Assembly (NCBI GenBank): GCA_002633005.1
Contig: NMRA01000097.1
Span: forward strand, 384,686-448,685
Source of the DNA: Phoronis australis
Lineage: Eukaryota; Animalia; Phoronida
DNA: 64,000 nucleotides
Direction of reading: 5' to 3'
Each line of letters begins with the position of its first letter. Position 1 is the first letter of the stretch. Under the pieces are notes generated by a model. It was not told the origin of the DNA. It saw only the letters and a program-made list of their open reading frames with translations, and searched no databases. The translations under genes and the position numbers were made by a program. Shown here piece by piece: positions 60,030 through 64,000 of the stretch.

Positions 60030-63000
60030 ATTTGTGGTGCTGGTTGCCTTGGAAGAAGGCTAGCTACATGTACCTCGAGGTTGTAACAAGTGTAGTCTTC
60101 TACCCAAACCCCCAAGCTGCTTTCAGTTGACCTAGACACTCTCAAAGCACTCGCAACTGTTTGCTTATGGAACGGGAACAGTGAACTCTAAGCCACAATT
60201 CAAAATTCCAGTTTCGCCGACCAGTTATCAAACGAAGCTCTCATTTTTCACTTGTGTTATTTTGTACAATTTTGAGTGACCTTGTTTTTCTGACTTTCGC
60301 GCGTCTAGGGAACGCATCCCTGAGCTTGGCGCTAGCCCAGTAGGAAATTGTAACACTATTGGGCAAAACATCATGACTTCTGAAAACGCAAATGTATAAA
60401 ATCATGTTCACACATTGTGGGCCCCAGGGGTAGAACGACCCCCCCCTCTCGTTTGGCGTAGTGGGCAAAAATATCCTCCAGAGAATCAAAAAGTACCAAA
60501 AAGTAGCAAACGAGACATAACTGCACTATAAGAAGGCAAGGAAACCAAAATTTGGCGAAGGCAAAATTCGATGCCCTGAGCGCACCCTGTTTTTTTTTGT
60601 AAAAGGTCTACATTTTTTATTAAAAGTCCGGCATGCTCTCAAAATTTTGAGCCCTCTCTTTTTAGGCTGGGTGTGTGGATCCAGTTCCTTGTTCAAGCAT
60701 CTGAAACTAAGGTTTCACTTTTCCGAAAGGTGTCGGTGATACCGTTTACTCTTAGCGTGTTTTGATAATGACCATCAAGTCAATAGAGAGTCTGAACGCT
60801 TTGCACTATTTCATGGCATCAACTTTCATTTCATCTTCAGTTCTGTAGTGGTAAAATATGAGGTAAGTAGGCACCCAAAGCCCACTGTATTACATTGAGC
60901 ACTGAACGGTGCGTAGGCGCTACATTCAAATGCCAGACGGTGGTTGGCTGCGCCTACCTGCGCCTACGCCCCACTACAGCACTCTTCATCTTACTGTGTC
61001 AACAAAATCTTCGGCTATGTGCACTTTTGTTAAGGATTGTTACAAACTCCTTCTATCGCATCGTCATGAACACCACGCCCCACTTCCGCTTTGACCAGTT
61101 TTTTGCAATTAAGAGAATCGAGTCAGCAAGTTTAAAAGCCAAAGAGATATAAAAATAACGCGACCAAATCAAATCAAAACCGACCAATGTAAGAAATGTC
61201 ATTCCCAGCAAGGTGTACAGTAATCATTTCGTCTGCTCTTCAGTGAACGTCAGGCTTAAACATTTTTTTGAGAAAATGCGATTAACTGACAAATACAATG
61301 TATGTAATTTCTTCAGTAAATACAGTTTGAAAAAACAAACCGTTAACCAAAAACCTTAACGTTAAAGGTGGTATATTGTAAACGAGTATACAGTAGAATG
61401 AAAACAATAAAAATGTGTAATTATGTCCATTCACTTTAACGTAGTACTCTCTCCCTAAGTTTAGTAGATCAGCACCTTTGGCAGCTGCCCGTGGAACCAT
61501 TTGCACAATAAAGATAGCACGATCACAATTCACTATTTCTGATTGTGTTCCGACGCAACGTTCTATTTTAAACCATCAGAATTGAGCGAGAGCAGGTTTG
61601 CTTGCAGTTTAGTTATATGGGAATGTCTATCAACGACGTAAAGCGCAAAGAAACATCTACTGTCACAGGTTGTGGGGTTTGTGGGTCGAGGGTGTCGTGG
61701 ATCAAGGAGGTCGTGGGATGTGGGGGTCGCGGGGGTCGGGGCTGTGAGATTCGAATTTTTAAAATAATCCTTTTGTTAAGACTCGTCTTATTCGAGTAAA
61801 CATTTCTCCCTTGGGAAATGACTGTCGTTGATAGAAAGAGTGCAGTTTGGTCTCGCGTGATCACATTTCATGAAAGTGTCGTTTTTGAGAACACTCTTAC
61901 ACAGTGAAGTATGGTGTTGCATATCGAACACTTCGCCCGACCCGTGGAAAATTCTTTGATACACTATTGTTGAAATAGGTCCAGGCGTTGAACATTCGGC
62001 TCCGTTAAACGTCAGGTACCATCGGGAACATCCGGGTGAGCCGTGCTGTCGCAGATCTCCGTTGAACTGTACCGCTAGCATACTCTGAGATGATCTCTTG
62101 GTGTATGTGGCCCACTGCAGAACACATGAGTCGTACAAGAACATCTCATTAAAGAACTAGCTGAACGACATACCATAGTGTGGAAATGAGCACAAGTAGG
62201 TCATGCTTTAGACAACACCTAGCTACTCAGTTGGCCGGATAGGGGTAACATGCATAATACTCCCCCTAAGCTTTCAGTACTGATTTTGTCCCGTGCACTT
62301 TAAACGGGAGGTAGGCGAAATCCACTAACCGACTATGAGATATTCACAACATAAAATATACCTTTACTTTTAAATTTGTCATTTAAATGCGCTTACTTTG
62401 CAGTGATCTTTTCTTGTTCTAAACATATCTCCGAGGAAACATTGCGAAACCTAATTGGCAAAGAATTCGAATTCCAAATTTTGGTCGCCGTTAACTGGGG
62501 CGTGACCCTTGAAAAATGGAATGGGACGATAAGGTGGAGTTTGTGTCGCTTTTACTTTTTGTTCGTGATTCCACGTATTTTCCTCAAAATGACACCCGCT
62601 GTGGGAATCTCGGGCTGACCGCTAACGATTTTCATCGATATGTGTAAGTCATGTTGACTAAATGGTATCCAGAGGCATGACATGTGTTAACTAAAATCCC
62701 ATGTGCATGTAACCATGTTTCATTTGATAGTATTCGCTGTATTTTGAGTAATTCTAAAGGGGTGTACTATCGCCCCCTTCGCCAGCTATATTCAGGGCGA
62801 TGTTAATGCTCAGTCACGCTCAGGTTTTTCAAGCCCATATCTATTTTTAAAACTGCAGCTCTTATGACCACGAACGAAATGGCATGTGCGTTGCAGCACG
62901 CCAGTTAAGCATCTCATTCTGCCTTGCACGGAAGATTTTTGATGAATAACAAAAAGGATATGCACTGCATACATTTTTAGAACTTCGTAGCACTAAAGTA

Positions 63001-64000
63001 GAAAGTCTGCCTGTTTGCGTGATTCTAAACAATCCACGTCCTGCCCCTCCATTAATGCACCATTGGCATTCACAAAAGCAGGTTTAAATTAAAAGTCATG
63101 CTTACTGAGTCAAAAGAATGGCTCCAAATGTTTGAGATTTGACGGGTGTACAAAATCATAGGGTCGTGGACTGTAGCGGAAAATTCCATGAGTACATTCT
63201 CTTGTCAATTTATTGTATTCATGTATCCCAAGTAAATAATTCAGATTCATGTTTTAAGTTACGCTTATATGGAAAAACGATGTTTACGAGGATTAAACTA
63301 TCAATTATGTTGAACAGTAAAAGGCAGTAGATAAAAATATTTACCAATCACAAACTGATAAACCTTGTTCTGTTACACGTGGTAGTCAGAAATTGAACAT
63401 CTACAGTAAGTATTAGAGTAAGAAGCCCTTGACACATACACGTAGGCAAAACTGCCGTCAAAACGTCTTTACCCAAGTTTCCTTTACTACCATTTTAAAA
63501 TAAGTCCCATGTTTAAGACCTTAGTTTAACAAAAATAAATTAGTCTATTAAGATGTCTGAGATAATGCTTTGCTCAGTAATAATGCGCTGCGCACGTTCT
63601 CCGACTCATCCATTTTTTCTGAAAAATTACGCAGGAACGTTTTACATTTGAAAAGTACACCTTTGGATCAGGTTCAGCACAATAAAGTACCCAAGAAACA
63701 TTTAAAAGCTCCTACAGTTCACGACTCACCGCCTATCACAGGGCAATACCCCGTATTTAGTTTTAAAGAGCTGGATTAGAAAGTTGTTGACAGTATTTGT
63801 TTATTATACTTTTAACCGTTGTTGTTGTTGCACTTGGCCGTTTTGGAAAACATGACTTTCACTGTTTTATTTTTAGACATCAACAGAATTTACTGAGTGT
63901 TTTTAAAGTAACTATTAAAAACGATGTTGAACAACGTTTGAAGACCTCAACAGCCGATTTCATGAAGTGGTTTAAAGTTAAACCTTGTTTAAGCTGGACT
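60030..64000. repeat. Segmental paralogy with ~2830-6680 (introns 10-11 region of the main gene)
   Basis: Colinear anchors: gccttggaagaaggcta (~2836 vs ~60046), ctagggaacgcat (~3080 vs ~60305), gaccacgaacgaaatggcatg (~5761 vs ~62866), gaagacctcaa (~6630 vs ~63940). Confidence 0.9.
61901..62114 (-). CDS. Exon of a paralogous CTHRC1-domain gene, equivalent to exon 11 (WATYTKRSSQSMLAVQFNGDLRQHGSPGCSRWYLTFNGAECSTPGPISTIVYQRIFHGSGEVFDMQHHTSL)
   Basis: Open frame, same 214-nt length, intact acceptor gtgttctgcag|TGG and donor T|GTAAGA. Flanking introns are colinear with 2830-6650. Confidence 0.88.

Overview
AT-rich, repeat-rich, intron-containing animal DNA, probably a draft assembly of a marine invertebrate (N run at 1305-1766; single-N joins at 17115, 27147, 58715 and 60029). 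The main feature is a minus-strand 12-exon gene (ATG 42016 to TAA 2618) that I assembled by hand. It has GT-AG sites and matching intron phases at every junction (2028 nt CDS, 675 aa). The predicted secreted protein reads: signal peptide, PAN/Apple-like domain, Cys-rich linker, CTHRC1-C-terminal-like domain 1, fibronectin type II domain, CTHRC1-like domains 2 and 3. It has no collagen triple helix. A paralogous segment at about 60030-64000 carries a second copy of exon 11, and the two copies differ mostly in one loop where every changed codon is non-synonymous. This suggests a tandem, diversifying family of collagen-less multi-CTHRC1-domain proteins. The rest is transposon debris (Sola3-like, Kolobok-like, Tc1/mariner-type MITE, Penelope-like, CR1-like LINE, LTR and Gypsy fragments), a tRNA-derived element, microsatellites and a probable haplotype false duplication at 14869-19690. 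All family assignments come from motif recognition by eye, not database searches.
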